Positions 30,604 to 40,833 of a DNA stretch of 64,000 nt are shown here, in pieces. The stretch's first letter is position 1, and every line of letters begins with the position of its first letter. The notes below the pieces were generated by a model. The model did no database searches. It was not told the origin of the DNA and saw only the letters and a list, made by a program, of their open reading frames with translations. Both the position numbers and the translations under genes were made by a program. Source of the DNA: a virus. Location: positions 86 to 64,085 of the IMG/VR virus record IMGVR_UViG_2518285546_000003; one strand, 5' to 3'.

Positions 30604-30961
30604 ACGTACCCGTCCAGTTCGCCACCTCTTCCCACACAGCCAGAACAGCCATTTCGTCATCTTCAGAATGCAGTTTTTCCGGATCGAACCAATCGGGCAA
30701 CTCTTCACCAATGGTCAGAACCGTTGAGAAGGTCCAACTCACCAACTTGGTGCCTTCGCTTATATGATTGAGGTCAACAGGACCAAACGTATTCATCGCT
30801 GCGGCATCCCTCACAGCTATGCGCTGTTTGTCTGCAAGAGAAGGCCTGCGCACGGTGAAAGACCCGGCGTATTCATCCCCGAAAGGCTTTTTGGTTAAGG
30901 GGTTTATCACTTGAGCGATGGAAAACGTATGTTTGTTAGGGTCTTGTGACGCCTGAGGCAT
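30569..30961 (-). CDS. Tail assembly chaperone
   Basis: GSFTVRRPS...PDWFD...TFR; after tube gene; AGGAGG RBS. Confidence 0.8.
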   Translation of the reverse strand: MPQASQDPNKHTFSIAQVINPLTKKPFGDEYAGSFTVRRPSLADKQRIAVRDAAAMNTFGPVDLNHISEGTKLVSWTFSTVLTIGEELPDWFDPEKLHSEDDEMAVLAVWEEVANWTGTFRRKTGSPQSS

Positions 30962-31011
30962 GTATCCTCCTTAAAAAGAGTTCCCCGGGGAAGAATCCCC
31001 CGGGGCATTTA

Positions 31012-31416
31012 TTATTTGGATTTTCGCAGGGCGCGAAAGCTGGCGTTCTCTCCAGATACAATGTGCTTGCCGTAACTACGGCTATGCGTTGCGGCCTTGC
31101 ATCCAGTGTAAAGCTCCAACGTTTCCCCGGAAACATTGTCGATGACCTCGATTTCCAGAACCCCGGATGTCAGTACTTCATCCGAAGTCGGTACCATACC
31201 GAGATCGATAAGCTTCTTGTTGTAGATAAAATACCGGCTCAAGGTAATGGAGTGAGTCAATTTGCCGGTCACAAGTTCCTGTGTTTCCGGGCTTCCGAGA
31301 CCGTCAACGTCCTGCAATCCGAAATCGTCGTTAAAATCGACATTCTGCGTTCCGCCGCCGATGGTTTTGCCTTTTAACTTCAGGAGAACCCTGTTCCCCG
31401 TCATGGTGTTTTTCAC
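31012..31416 (-). CDS. Tail tube protein
   Basis: 134 aa following sheath; TGNRV, GLGSPETQELV, ENASF. Confidence 0.85.
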   Translation of the reverse strand: MKNTMTGNRVLLKLKGKTIGGGTQNVDFNDDFGLQDVDGLGSPETQELVTGKLTHSITLSRYFIYNKKLIDLGMVPTSDEVLTSGVLEIEVIDNVSGETLELYTGCKAATHSRSYGKHIVSGENASFRALRKSK

Positions 31417-31467
31417 GGTTACCTCCCGATATAAGCCCCCGGATTTCCGAGGGCGCTATTGTTTAGC

Positions 31468-33207
31468 TTATTCGCTCAGTTGAATGGAGAAGCTGACCGG
31501 TTCGAGATGATAAGTCGAGAAAATCCAGTTTACGGGCAATACCGGCTTGGCACTATAATCGACATACCTTTCCGTATTTTCTCCACGCAGCTGAGTTTTT
31601 TTCGAGTCATAACTCCGGATATATCCATCCCGTTTCGCAGCATCCAACACAGCATTGGTGACATTGATAATTGTGGCGTCGAGCTGTTCCGTGCCAGGCT
31701 CACCGATCAACTCTTCATGCCGCTTACGCACTTCGCGAGCAATATAATCGGCTCCGCGTCCAACACTGAATTCGATGCGGTACAGGTCATCATCCTGTAG
31801 CCAGGTTGTAATTTGACGGGAAATCACAAACCCGGACCCGCTGACAAGATCCGGGATTGGCACTGCCACCCCGCCCTTGATCAGATCGTCGATCTCACCT
31901 TTGCGCAATTCGACTTCCAGGCCGAGGCAATTGAGATGTTTCCTGGTAAGCGGCATGACCGGCGATCCGCCAGCTGCAATGCCGGCATACATAACAGCGG
32001 TGATATACGCCGGGTAACGCTTTGCATCACCATTTTCGTCGTAAAGTTTCACGCCGAGGCCTGCATGTACGGTTCGATCGGAGTTCAATGCTTTGGTCTC
32101 AGCAAGCAACGTATCGACGTTTGTGGTTCGCGAAGCTTCGGCAACCCACGATTTCAGATCCCCTCCGACAAACTGCCGGCGTTCAAGCTTGCCGTCCATA
32201 CCGCTCATGTAATCGACGTGGGTTTCTCCCATGGCCCAAATGGAGGCACTGGAAGTAAGCGGCACGATCAGGTGAGTGTCCATGGTCTTGAGCAGGTCAA
32301 AGCATCCCTGCCAGTCGCTGTTTTCCGTGGTCCCGTTGGTACCACCCGCCAAAAACGTCCAATCCTGATTGACAGGGGCAACAGCGGCGCCGGCTTCCTT
32401 TTCGGCTTGAACATAGGCCGAATATGAATTGAGGTGGTCGACGATTGCTTGCAGGTCGCTTTTCACCGTATATGCGGCCGTCAATATGTCCTGAGCGGCA
32501 ACCGCATCGAGATCGGTAGCGTTTTCCGCCTTCGGCTTGTCGGTCAGGACCGTTGCTTCGTATACCCCCGTGGCGTTGATGGCATCGACCAGGGCCTGAA
32601 TCGTGTCATAGGTGGCGAAGTCGAAATTCAGATTATCCGCACTGGCATCGGTGCAGGAAGTCGTCAACGTGCCAGCTGTTTGGTCGATGGTCATGGTGGC
32701 TGCCGACCCGGCACCGGTATACTGGATGGAAAATGATTTTCGCTCCAAATTGTCGAAGGTTTCAGAATTCTCCTGGAATGCTGTCGAAACCTTTTTGGTA
32801 CCGGCGCTTGTCCCGGTTTCGATTTTGACTTTGACCTGGTTGGCGATCAGCCCATACAAGTAACTTGTCAGTTTCAACTTGCTGTCGAATACTTTGCTGG
32901 CCGCTGTTGCGGGATTTACCGGAACGATATAAACCTCGCTCGCCCCCGGACGATCATCGGAAGGATCAAAAGCCATCCTGGCCGCAATACGGGCCTCGGC
33001 GGACCCCGGATAGATCAGAGTCAAAGCTTCCGACGGGTTGGTTACCTTCTTGGCCGTTTTCGGCGGGATCAGGCCTACGCATTCACACAAAATGGCCAGG
33101 ACATTGGCACCGCCAAGGGTCACCCGGTTAAGACCCGAGGAATCAATCCTGGAGGCCGCCTGCGGCAGGCGAAACGCCTTTCCGTTCCACAATACTTCTC
33201 TCGCCAT
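31468..33207 (-). CDS. Tail sheath protein (Twort/SPO1-type)
   Basis: 579 aa; FLAGGTNG, IVPLT, PLTRK, SVGRGADY. Confidence 0.9.
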   Translation of the reverse strand: MAREVLWNGKAFRLPQAASRIDSSGLNRVTLGGANVLAILCECVGLIPPKTAKKVTNPSEALTLIYPGSAEARIAARMAFDPSDDRPGASEVYIVPVNPATAASKVFDSKLKLTSYLYGLIANQVKVKIETGTSAGTKKVSTAFQENSETFDNLERKSFSIQYTGAGSAATMTIDQTAGTLTTSCTDASADNLNFDFATYDTIQALVDAINATGVYEATVLTDKPKAENATDLDAVAAQDILTAAYTVKSDLQAIVDHLNSYSAYVQAEKEAGAAVAPVNQDWTFLAGGTNGTTENSDWQGCFDLLKTMDTHLIVPLTSSASIWAMGETHVDYMSGMDGKLERRQFVGGDLKSWVAEASRTTNVDTLLAETKALNSDRTVHAGLGVKLYDENGDAKRYPAYITAVMYAGIAAGGSPVMPLTRKHLNCLGLEVELRKGEIDDLIKGGVAVPIPDLVSGSGFVISRQITTWLQDDDLYRIEFSVGRGADYIAREVRKRHEELIGEPGTEQLDATIINVTNAVLDAAKRDGYIRSYDSKKTQLRGENTERYVDYSAKPVLPVNWIFSTYHLEPVSFSIQLSE

Positions 33208-33210
33208 CGT

Positions 33211-33456
33211 TTATTTGCCTCCTGCATTCTGGGAAAGCCACTGTGCCCACGACATGCTTGTGGGCTGCTTTTGAAATAATTGGTACAGCCTCGTCCATTC
33301 CGAACGAAGTTTGCGCCCGGCGATCCCCTCTTTTTTCATCAATGCAGCAAATGCTTGCCTGCTTTCGATCTGCCCTTTAGGCAGGCCTGAAACAAATTCA
33401 TTGAGGGTAACCGGGAATTCCGAAACTTCTTCGACTTGCTTTTCTTTGGTAGCCAT
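33211..33456 (-). CDS. Hypothetical virion-associated protein
   Basis: GGAG RBS before ATG 33456; degenerate operator at 33458-33477. Confidence 0.65.
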   Translation of the reverse strand: MATKEKQVEEVSEFPVTLNEFVSGLPKGQIESRQAFAALMKKEGIAGRKLRSEWTRLYQLFQKQPTSMSWAQWLSQNAGGK

Positions 33457-33490
33457 ATTGCTCTCCATATAAAGCACTCAGGGTAAAAAA

Positions 33491-34153
33491 TCATTCGTCC
33501 TGCAGCGCCAGGTTGACACCGGTCTGGTATGTACTCGCGGGAACACGTTTTTTCCACGTGTTGGCAACCTTCCCGGCCATCACCTTGAGGCCACGCAAAA
33601 AGACATGTTCCGGGTAATACTGAGGATCGGGGCGGCCGTCTCCCAGAGAGATTGATACTTCCTTGACGCCAAGAGCGTCTAGGGCATCAAAACCATCGAT
33701 CAGGGCTTGTTGGCAAAGTCGGGAAAGCCAGATCACTTGTTCCTTCGAATGGGCCATGATCTGCACCAGCCACATGCCGGAGCCCCAATACCCACGATCA
33801 AGGTCCCAGGCAATAACATCTTCGCTTTCATCCAAGACCGCTACAGGGTCTGCTCCGGTTTCGTCACCTAGAAACCTTTCGGCAGTATCTTCGTTCCCAA
33901 GGGAAACGCCGATCTGCGGAAACGGAAGGTCAGACGATGGGTAGTGAGGAAGAACAAAAAGATGCCCCTTGCCTCGATTGCGAGAACTGCCGGTTGGCGT
34001 TATTGAACTGAGGTACGTCCTCACCTCACTGATTTCCTCAGCGTCGAAATCATCAAATATCTGTTCCAGGCGGTAATTTTCATCCCCCTGGAAGGATAGA
34101 ATCTTTGCCAGAATGGTCTTTACCAGAAATCTATCGAGATTGGGGAAACCCAT
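33491..34153 (-). CDS. Tail terminator/neck protein
   Basis: Position before sheath; PQIGVSLGNE. Confidence 0.6.
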   Translation of the reverse strand: MGFPNLDRFLVKTILAKILSFQGDENYRLEQIFDDFDAEEISEVRTYLSSITPTGSSRNRGKGHLFVLPHYPSSDLPFPQIGVSLGNEDTAERFLGDETGADPVAVLDESEDVIAWDLDRGYWGSGMWLVQIMAHSKEQVIWLSRLCQQALIDGFDALDALGVKEVSISLGDGRPDPQYYPEHVFLRGLKVMAGKVANTWKKRVPASTYQTGVNLALQDE

Positions 34154-34154
34154 A

Positions 34155-34928
34155 TCACCTCAAGGTTATATCCATGCCGATGGAAAGATCTGGCAAGTCG
34201 ACCAGATCCAACTCAGCGGCAGACTGTAGACGCTTTTCCACGCCTGGTTGACAGAAATCCTTCACACCGCCGGCTATGTTGTGCGCCGAAAATCCTGGAT
34301 GCCACCAAGAATTCGGTTCAGAATTCTCCGACACGGCGCGAAAGGTCATATAGTGCGCCTGCCCCTTCCCGCCACTTTTGCCCATCCCTTCGTAAATGCC
34401 TGATTTATGCCTATACTCTGCAGGTGTTCCATCGGGTTTTGAGAATTTATGGACCATGGCCGGATACTTCTTTTGCGTTCCGGTAAGCCGTTGTCCGTTC
34501 TTAAGCAGTTTGGCAGCCTGATGAATATCTCTCGGCATGACACCGGAAAAATGCTGATTGTCTGTTGCCCCTCCAGGAGTGCGATGCCGAAACGGAACAA
34601 AAGTGTACTTCGTCCCCTTTTTGCTGATCCTAGCCTTTGGACCACGGAGCAAGCCTGGCTTCATGTCCCAGGCCCCTTTGCCATGCTCCAAGTCGGCAGC
34701 TGCTTTGTGCGTTGCTATAATCTTTCGCTTGAGCATACCGGCCTGAGGGATATTCAGCCTTTCGGCCAGAACGATGCTTTCAGCATATGCCCTGCGCAAA
34801 CTGATGTTCACCCGGAGGTCCTGAACCTGGGAAATGCTCGTGGAGCCCATAACCACCTGTTGCCATGTAGCCATGACGAATTGAGTGGCATCGTCCGCTG
34901 CCTCTTGCAGGTGTCTTAAATCGCTCAC
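34155..34928 (-). CDS. Neck/tail completion protein
   Basis: WDMKPGLL, YMTFRAVS, SWWHPG as in Twort-like neck proteins. Confidence 0.65.
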   Translation of the reverse strand: MSDLRHLQEAADDATQFVMATWQQVVMGSTSISQVQDLRVNISLRRAYAESIVLAERLNIPQAGMLKRKIIATHKAAADLEHGKGAWDMKPGLLRGPKARISKKGTKYTFVPFRHRTPGGATDNQHFSGVMPRDIHQAAKLLKNGQRLTGTQKKYPAMVHKFSKPDGTPAEYRHKSGIYEGMGKSGGKGQAHYMTFRAVSENSEPNSWWHPGFSAHNIAGGVKDFCQPGVEKRLQSAAELDLVDLPDLSIGMDITLR

Positions 34929-35569
34929 AAGCTCTCCCACAGATGCTTGCGCCTCAAAAACACCTTCGCCCCGATATCATCACCGTGCGAAATCCGATGG
35001 TCTGGAGGGAAGAACGCAATCCACTCGAGGAAAGCCATATACTTCACCGTATAGCGTTTGCCTGCCTCCGGAGCTTTACCGTCATCCGGCTTCCCGGTCC
35101 ACTCCCATTCGATCTTGCGCCCGGAAAACCGAAAGTCCCTGTTTTCCTTGTAGACGACATGATCCTCATCCATGCAGAAGATGGAGCGCTGCGCTTCGTA
35201 ATAAAGCAGATCGAAGGTTTCCGCATCGCTACGCACCAGCGGATCCCCGGAGCCATGCGGAAGTGGCCATGTGAAAATGATCTTGTCCATCTCAGCTATG
35301 GGCTCGCCACTCAGTGGCGAAAACACACAATCTCCGGGAAGGAACAAGCCGGTTTCCAGCAAATCCTTACGGTCCGAGATGCCTGTTACAAGACCGGTTA
35401 TGGACCGCTCGTTGACGTAGAGATACCCGCCATTCTCGTGTTCCTGACAGTTCGGATCGGGCCGCCCCTGGTCATCGTGGCACCAGCACTTCATGCCTAC
35501 AAGGTGCTTTACCTTCTCCCCTTCCGAATCCACAAACCGGTCTATTTCAACTGCCGGCAAAGGGCTCAT
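34925..35569 (-). CDS. Head closure/neck protein
   Basis: CWC..PDPNC..H..GYLY motif. Confidence 0.6.
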   Translation of the reverse strand: MSPLPAVEIDRFVDSEGEKVKHLVGMKCWCHDDQGRPDPNCQEHENGGYLYVNERSITGLVTGISDRKDLLETGLFLPGDCVFSPLSGEPIAEMDKIIFTWPLPHGSGDPLVRSDAETFDLLYYEAQRSIFCMDEDHVVYKENRDFRFSGRKIEWEWTGKPDDGKAPEAGKRYTVKYMAFLEWIAFFPPDHRISHGDDIGAKVFLRRKHLWESL

Positions 35570-36933
35570 AAGACCACCATTTGCACTCCACGGTAGAGAC
35601 GTGCAATCCGTGAAGCGTTATGTTTGAGCCATTCCTTGTATTCGGTGATGGTTGCCGAATAGATGCCGTATGAAGCACTGGCGGTGTAGGAAACCGATCT
35701 GGAAACACCGTCTTTGCTTGTAGACTCCGATGAAAAACCGCCTCGGTACGCCTGACCGGCAATCGCCAAAATGGTAACGCCAGCCGTGTATCCGATCAGT
35801 TTGAGAACTTCGCCGGACAACTCTTCGATGCCGGCCACGCCGTGGTAGCGCCAAAAATCGGCGATATATTCCCTCAGCCCCCAGAACCTTTGGTTGATAA
35901 ACCAAGTCCACAGATAGCTGTATTGGTTGTTATATGGAAGCACATCAACCGTGCCGGTTTCTCGGTTAACGGCAAAAGCACCGTTCATCACCTCCAAGGA
36001 AGCTGTATTACCCATGAACCCTTGCACTTTGTCGATGCGTATCAACTGAGAAACCGGGAGATTCAAATGCCAGGCCAGCGCCTGCCCATTGAAATCATGC
36101 CGGTAATACGCGAGAGGCGACACTTTCCTATCGAACCATTGCCCCTCTTCAGGAGATGAGAAATATGGCTCCGTCGCAATCCTCATAGGCTCGAGGAGAA
36201 CCTTCATGATGGAGTTTTCGACCTCATCTACCGATTTGCGTATCTCTGCTCGCACGGCATCGTCGCTCATGCGTTCCTTATCGAGCAAAATAGCCTCCGA
36301 AGCATTTTCGGAAGGCAGCTCGAAATGATCGATTTCAACCTCGATATACGCACCAGAACTATCAATCAGAATTTCCGATCTGACCGAAGTATCCAAAACA
36401 GCGGCTGGTCCATCACCCCAAGAAAGCTGAGCGGGCGATCCGGCAGTGAAAACGAGGTTTTTCAGTCCGGCACGAGACTTCTCGGAAACATTGGTAATTT
36501 TCACGCCTGAAACAAGTACGGGTTGTTTTACGGGACGCAAAATCTCAGACGAATAAAGAGTTGCTCCACGGCAATATGTGCTGCGCATTTCATCGACCGT
36601 GAGCAAAGATATAAGGATCGATGTCGAACTGGTTACCCCGTTTTCCTGGGCCGCTTCGATCACGTAGTCACCGCGAATACAAAGAGGAATCCCGTCCGTA
36701 TCCTTCACTTCCCGCAAATCGAATTCAACGACCTTGCCTTTCGGAGCGTCCTCGGAAAACAGCACTTCGGAGGCCGCTACAGACTGGCCGTTTTTGCGTT
36801 TCAGGGATACGATGACCGTATCGTTAAGCTCGGTTTTCGGTTCAGGCACAACCCGGGCACGGATAATGGCCCGGGTTGGTTCGAAACGCGAATACTCGTA
36901 GCGATCGGTGAGGATAGAGATTTCCGTCAGCAT
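35566..36933 (-). CDS. Head-tail adaptor
   Basis: C-terminal SESTSKDGVSRSVSYTASASYGIYSATI. Confidence 0.65.
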   Translation of the reverse strand: MLTEISILTDRYEYSRFEPTRAIIRARVVPEPKTELNDTVIVSLKRKNGQSVAASEVLFSEDAPKGKVVEFDLREVKDTDGIPLCIRGDYVIEAAQENGVTSSTSILISLLTVDEMRSTYCRGATLYSSEILRPVKQPVLVSGVKITNVSEKSRAGLKNLVFTAGSPAQLSWGDGPAAVLDTSVRSEILIDSSGAYIEVEIDHFELPSENASEAILLDKERMSDDAVRAEIRKSVDEVENSIMKVLLEPMRIATEPYFSSPEEGQWFDRKVSPLAYYRHDFNGQALAWHLNLPVSQLIRIDKVQGFMGNTASLEVMNGAFAVNRETGTVDVLPYNNQYSYLWTWFINQRFWGLREYIADFWRYHGVAGIEELSGEVLKLIGYTAGVTILAIAGQAYRGGFSSESTSKDGVSRSVSYTASASYGIYSATITEYKEWLKHNASRIARLYRGVQMVVL

Positions 36934-36953
36934 GGTTTACCCAGGACGCTTGA

Positions 36954-37127
36954 CTACGCCCTCCTCTTAATGGTTATTTTCCGTGGCAATTGAGGCAAAT
37001 CCTTTATGCCGACTTCTTCAAGCAAAGCCTTCACACGCTCCATGAACAAAGCCCCACGGTTATGCTCATCGATAAGGGCTTGGACCTGCTCGCTGCGGCA
37101 GTCATCAATGACAACGACCTCCGACAT
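36954..37127 (-). CDS. Small hypothetical protein (57 aa)
   Basis: MSEVVVIDDC...KRRA; fills gap in operon; below ORF-track cutoff. Confidence 0.6.
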   Translation of the reverse strand: MSEVVVIDDCRSEQVQALIDEHNRGALFMERVKALLEEVGIKDLPQLPRKITIKRRA

Positions 37128-37131
37128 GGGG

Positions 37132-37695
37132 TTAACCCTTCTGCAGGATGTCCAGGCGGGCGTTGAGCAGTTTCATCCAGGATTCGCGGGTTTTTTCCTG
37201 CTGAGATTCGAAGGCGATGAGATTCATAAGCACCTCGGTATCCGTGCATGACTCAAGAGCCGCTTCAAGTTCTCTGGCGTTGTTGAGGGCCTGGTACGTT
37301 TCCATGCTCAAAGTTGCGTCATGGTCTCCGTCATTGGCATTGTTCTGCGCCTGGTTGTTTCCGGGGTCACCATCGGAAGTCCCAGTGGCAGGATCGATAT
37401 CGGTGTTTTCACCCTGGCCGCCGTCATTGATGTTGTCCTGGGTCGCATTGTTACCGGGATCTTTATAGGAAGCCACTGTGGCAGGATCGGTGCCACCGTC
37501 CTGAGCACCTGGACGCCAATAATCGGGCATACCGATCTCCATCAGGGCATCGACAACGGCATCATTATCGATTTCGGCAAACCCTGTGGCCGGACCACGA
37601 CCGGAAACATCCTTGAACTCAACCCGCTCAGCCCGACCATCTTTGGTCGTGACGCTAACGAAGCCTTTGTGCCGCGAACAAATCTCCACACCCAT
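37132..37695 (-). CDS. Hypothetical head-associated protein with ~31-aa internal duplication
   Basis: DPAT...DPGNN..Q.N.NDG twice; AAAGGA RBS. Confidence 0.7.
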   Translation of the reverse strand: MGVEICSRHKGFVSVTTKDGRAERVEFKDVSGRGPATGFAEIDNDAVVDALMEIGMPDYWRPGAQDGGTDPATVASYKDPGNNATQDNINDGGQGENTDIDPATGTSDGDPGNNQAQNNANDGDHDATLSMETYQALNNARELEAALESCTDTEVLMNLIAFESQQEKTRESWMKLLNARLDILQKG

Positions 37696-37720
37696 TTTGT
37701 TATATCCTTTCGGTCAAGAA

Positions 37721-37752
37721 AGCATGGGGGCGGGGAATCCGCCCCCATGTTT
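37721..37752 (-). terminator. Intrinsic terminator after major capsid gene
   Basis: CATGGGGGCGG-ATTCC-CCGCCCCCATG followed by CTTTCTT. Confidence 0.75.
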
Positions 37753-37777
37753 CACATACGAAGCACATCAGGCATAA

Positions 37778-39211
37778 TTATGCCGGCGTATAAACCCCTG
37801 CGTTCTTGTAAATGCGGATACGTTCCTTGGCCTTGGGAACCAGCACCCCATAGAGCAAAAGCAGGAAGGGGATGGTGGTTCCTTCAATCGGTTGCGGGAA
37901 CTTGATCAGGGGCGTCATCTGGGCGAAGCAGATATCGGCAGGATCCGGCTCGATCATGATGGAAAGGCCGTTGGCCGGTTTGCCGTTGGCGTCCACGGTA
38001 CGGTACCCGTTTTTGTCCACGAAAGAGGCGTCCCCGGCATCCGGTTGCGGGATTCGTCCGATCCACTTTGCATCGGACCCGTCCGATTCCTTGCCACGAT
38101 ATACACGGTAACCGGTGGCATTGGCTACGCGGGCAATAGTCAGAGTCACCTTTTGCCCTGCGGTAACCGCCTGGGCATCGGAAACAACGGGAAGGCCTTC
38201 GCCTTTGTCGTTGAAGGCGGCGACTGCATAGTAATACGTGCCGGCTTCCATTTTGGAGGCAGCATCAGCGGCAGCGGCCGGGGTTGCACTGCCAGGAGCA
38301 GCTGGGGCGTCCCCTTCGGCGACGGCCAGGGGGGCGCTGCCTTCGACTTCTTCCAGGAGAATGGAATGATCGAAGTCGAAATACCCGAACTGGCTATCGT
38401 ACCCGGGAACTTTGAAACCGGGAGCATATTGCGCCGAGCGTTTTTCGCCTTTGCTCTCGCGCACAATGTTGCGATCCTGATACTGCCGGTTGATGCCGCC
38501 GGAGACATGCGGAGACATGAAACAGGACACACCGTCCACCGTGATCAGTTTGCCTTTGGTGACCAGATTTTCCGCCGAATCATCCAGATGCTCGAAGGAA
38601 AAAGGTTCGCCTTCAAGGTCGATGACGTTTTCGGGATGGTTGTTTTCCATGTCGGTCAACAGACCGTCGAAATTGACCTCGTTGCCGGAAGCGTCCTTGA
38701 TGCTCGACATGCCGAAAACAAGTTCCCGCTCCAACCGCACAAGCAGCTCAAGGGTGCCGTCCTTGTTTTCACGGATGTTGGGATCTTCGAACGAACCGCC
38801 CATTTGGCCAGTCAGGTTCATCTGATGGGTCACGCCACGCTTGACGCCGAGGAACTTGTTGTAGATCCCGGCTCGTTCAAATGCGCTGGTACCACCGCTA
38901 GGGCTTCCTCCTTGGTTGAAGCCGATACCTCCGCGACGGGCGCCGTACCCTTTATGCTTGTTGTATTCAAAATACGGCTGCGCGCTGGGCACCTTCGGCA
39001 AAAACTGAAACAGTTTGAGATGCTTTTGCTGTACCATGACCTCGGTCATGGTTCCGTCCAGGTTCTCCAGCATGAGGGGACCGGACTGGATACCTCCGGG
39101 GCCACTGGTTGTAGTGGACAGAGCCTTTTTCAGGTTCTCGACCACGTCGTCACCGGTATAGTCATACCCGAGAGACTTACACATGGCGTCGAAACTCAGA
39201 GCACGATTCAT
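37778..39211 (-). CDS. Major capsid protein (Twort/SPO1-like, with inserted FnIII-like domain)
   Basis: 477 aa; LMLENLD, FDGL, NVIDLEG, YYYAVAAFNDKGE, LLLYG. Confidence 0.9.
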   Translation of the reverse strand: MNRALSFDAMCKSLGYDYTGDDVVENLKKALSTTTSGPGGIQSGPLMLENLDGTMTEVMVQQKHLKLFQFLPKVPSAQPYFEYNKHKGYGARRGGIGFNQGGSPSGGTSAFERAGIYNKFLGVKRGVTHQMNLTGQMGGSFEDPNIRENKDGTLELLVRLERELVFGMSSIKDASGNEVNFDGLLTDMENNHPENVIDLEGEPFSFEHLDDSAENLVTKGKLITVDGVSCFMSPHVSGGINRQYQDRNIVRESKGEKRSAQYAPGFKVPGYDSQFGYFDFDHSILLEEVEGSAPLAVAEGDAPAAPGSATPAAAADAASKMEAGTYYYAVAAFNDKGEGLPVVSDAQAVTAGQKVTLTIARVANATGYRVYRGKESDGSDAKWIGRIPQPDAGDASFVDKNGYRTVDANGKPANGLSIMIEPDPADICFAQMTPLIKFPQPIEGTTIPFLLLLYGVLVPKAKERIRIYKNAGVYTPA

Positions 39212-39245
39212 AATCTTCTTATGCCTCCTTTTTCAATTGGGGTTA

Positions 39246-39956
39246 TTACAATCCGAGTTCGGCCTTGGTCGCCTCGGGGATACGTGCCAGGGCGGCTTCT
39301 ACGCCATGGACATCCAGAAAACTGAGGGAGTTGTTCGGAACCCCGTCAATGCCCTTACTGATGGCTTTTCCCAGGATGCCCTTTACTTCGGATTTGCTTT
39401 TTTTCAGCGGTTCGCCATCCCCGTTACCATCACCGATCTGTGCCTGGGATTTTTTCAACGGACGTTCGCCGACTTTATCGAGGCTTTTGGCAAGAGCGCC
39501 GATAACCTTAGCCTGAGCGGTAGCGAGGGAAACCAGGGTGCGCACGGATTTTTCCATGCGCTCCAACCGGGTTTCGACCTTTTCGCCCTGCTCGTGAACG
39601 GATTTTTCAAGATCGGCATAGGCTTCGCTGGCTTTGATCAATTCATCGGCAATTTCTTCGTCCAGATCATCGAGGGACTTGCCGAGATCATCACCATCAC
39701 CATCACCATCACCATCACCGTCGCCATCGCCATCGCCATCGCCATCGCCGTCGCCATCGCCGTCATCATCGCCGTCATCATCGCCGGATTTATTCAGCGT
39801 TTCCCCCGCCTCGTCGATGGCCTTTTCCAGATCTTCGATAGCCGTCTTCTCCTTGCCTTCCTCGCCGGTCAAAGACTTTTCGAGGTCTTCAAGGTCCCCC
39901 AGAGCCTTTTTGGCGGCCTGGTCGATTTCCTCCTGAGTGTTTTTCTTATCGCTCAC
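39246..39956 (-). CDS. Scaffold protein
   Basis: Acidic coiled coil with many LxK(S/A) sites; CAGGAGG RBS + GTG. Confidence 0.75.
   Translation of the reverse strand: MSDKKNTQEEIDQAAKKALGDLEDLEKSLTGEEGKEKTAIEDLEKAIDEAGETLNKSGDDDGDDDGDGDGDGDGDGDGDGDGDGDGDGDDLGKSLDDLDEEIADELIKASEAYADLEKSVHEQGEKVETRLERMEKSVRTLVSLATAQAKVIGALAKSLDKVGERPLKKSQAQIGDGNGDGEPLKKSKSEVKGILGKAISKGIDGVPNNSLSFLDVHGVEAALARIPEATKAELGL
39687..39786. repeat. Hexanucleotide-like tandem repeat encoding (GD)n
   Basis: (TCACCA)n/(TCGCCA)n run. Confidence 0.9.
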
Positions 39957-39976
39957 GATCTTTCCTCCTGTGTTGG

Positions 39977-40816
39977 TCAGTGCTGTATCAAGCCGGCGGC
40001 GGTGGCCAGTGCAGCCAGATCGGCGCTTTTTCCAGCCCCGCCGATGATCATGCGCAAAAGCCCAATGCTTTCGCGAGACGAATGCCCCATGCATTCAACG
40101 AGGTGGTCATGGGCCCCGCTTATTCCTTTATGAAAATAGCCTGTGTCAGGGTTGAAGCATCCGCATGCCTGGTCCCCATAAAGAATGGATGCCATGCCAC
40201 GGTCCAGGTTCTCCCTCAGCAAAGCTCCGTGGGTTTCCGTTGTGGCTGCCTTTTCGATGTCATCATTCAAAAAGAGCGACTTGGCGAAAGTCTCAACCGA
40301 GCAATCGGGATTGACAGGCTTATGTGTCAAGGCAACATGACGCGCCACGCTCCGAACGATTTTTTTTCCCCGGCGTTCCACGACGCCACCTTCGATGGAA
40401 TATGCCAGCCGCCTATCACTGCCTGACTTCTGCAAGGCTTGCCCGAGTTCCCACATTTCTTCGGCAACCTTCAGTTGTTCGCTGGTGCAGGAATCTCCGG
40501 ACTTGAACAGTTGCCCCTCTACCCACAGGCCTCGATCTCGCATTTCCACGACGGTCGGAAACCCGATAATGATGGGAACTTTGGCACCGCCAACCTGCAT
40601 GTATTGGTGGTCGTAATTGATGAAGCCGCTTTTTTTGAGGTAGGAAAAATCAATGCCGTTCTGCAAAACCTGCTCACGGTCCTGGTCCAAAGATTCCGTG
40701 GAGGCATAGCCCTTGATACAGCGACGGCCGCCCGCGCCCTCCCCCTCGCTCTTAAGCAAAAGTTCCGTTACCGGAATGTGGATATAAAAAGTGTCCTGTT
40801 GATTCTGTCTTTCCAT
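39977..40816 (-). CDS. Prohead protease
   Basis: IKGYASTESLDQDRE, INYDH, YSIEG, VALTHKPVN. Confidence 0.9.
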   Translation of the reverse strand: MERQNQQDTFYIHIPVTELLLKSEGEGAGGRRCIKGYASTESLDQDREQVLQNGIDFSYLKKSGFINYDHQYMQVGGAKVPIIIGFPTVVEMRDRGLWVEGQLFKSGDSCTSEQLKVAEEMWELGQALQKSGSDRRLAYSIEGGVVERRGKKIVRSVARHVALTHKPVNPDCSVETFAKSLFLNDDIEKAATTETHGALLRENLDRGMASILYGDQACGCFNPDTGYFHKGISGAHDHLVECMGHSSRESIGLLRMIIGGAGKSADLAALATAAGLIQH

Positions 40817-40833
40817 TCAACACTCCAAAACAC

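Noticed and set aside
37892..39325. 477-aa plus-strand ORF and similar long antisense ORFs (e.g. 55238-56665)
   Set aside because: Shadows of GC3-rich minus-strand genes; no RBS or recognisable motifs
39634..39936. (SP)n-rich ORF
   Set aside because: Antisense reading of the scaffold (GD)n repeat
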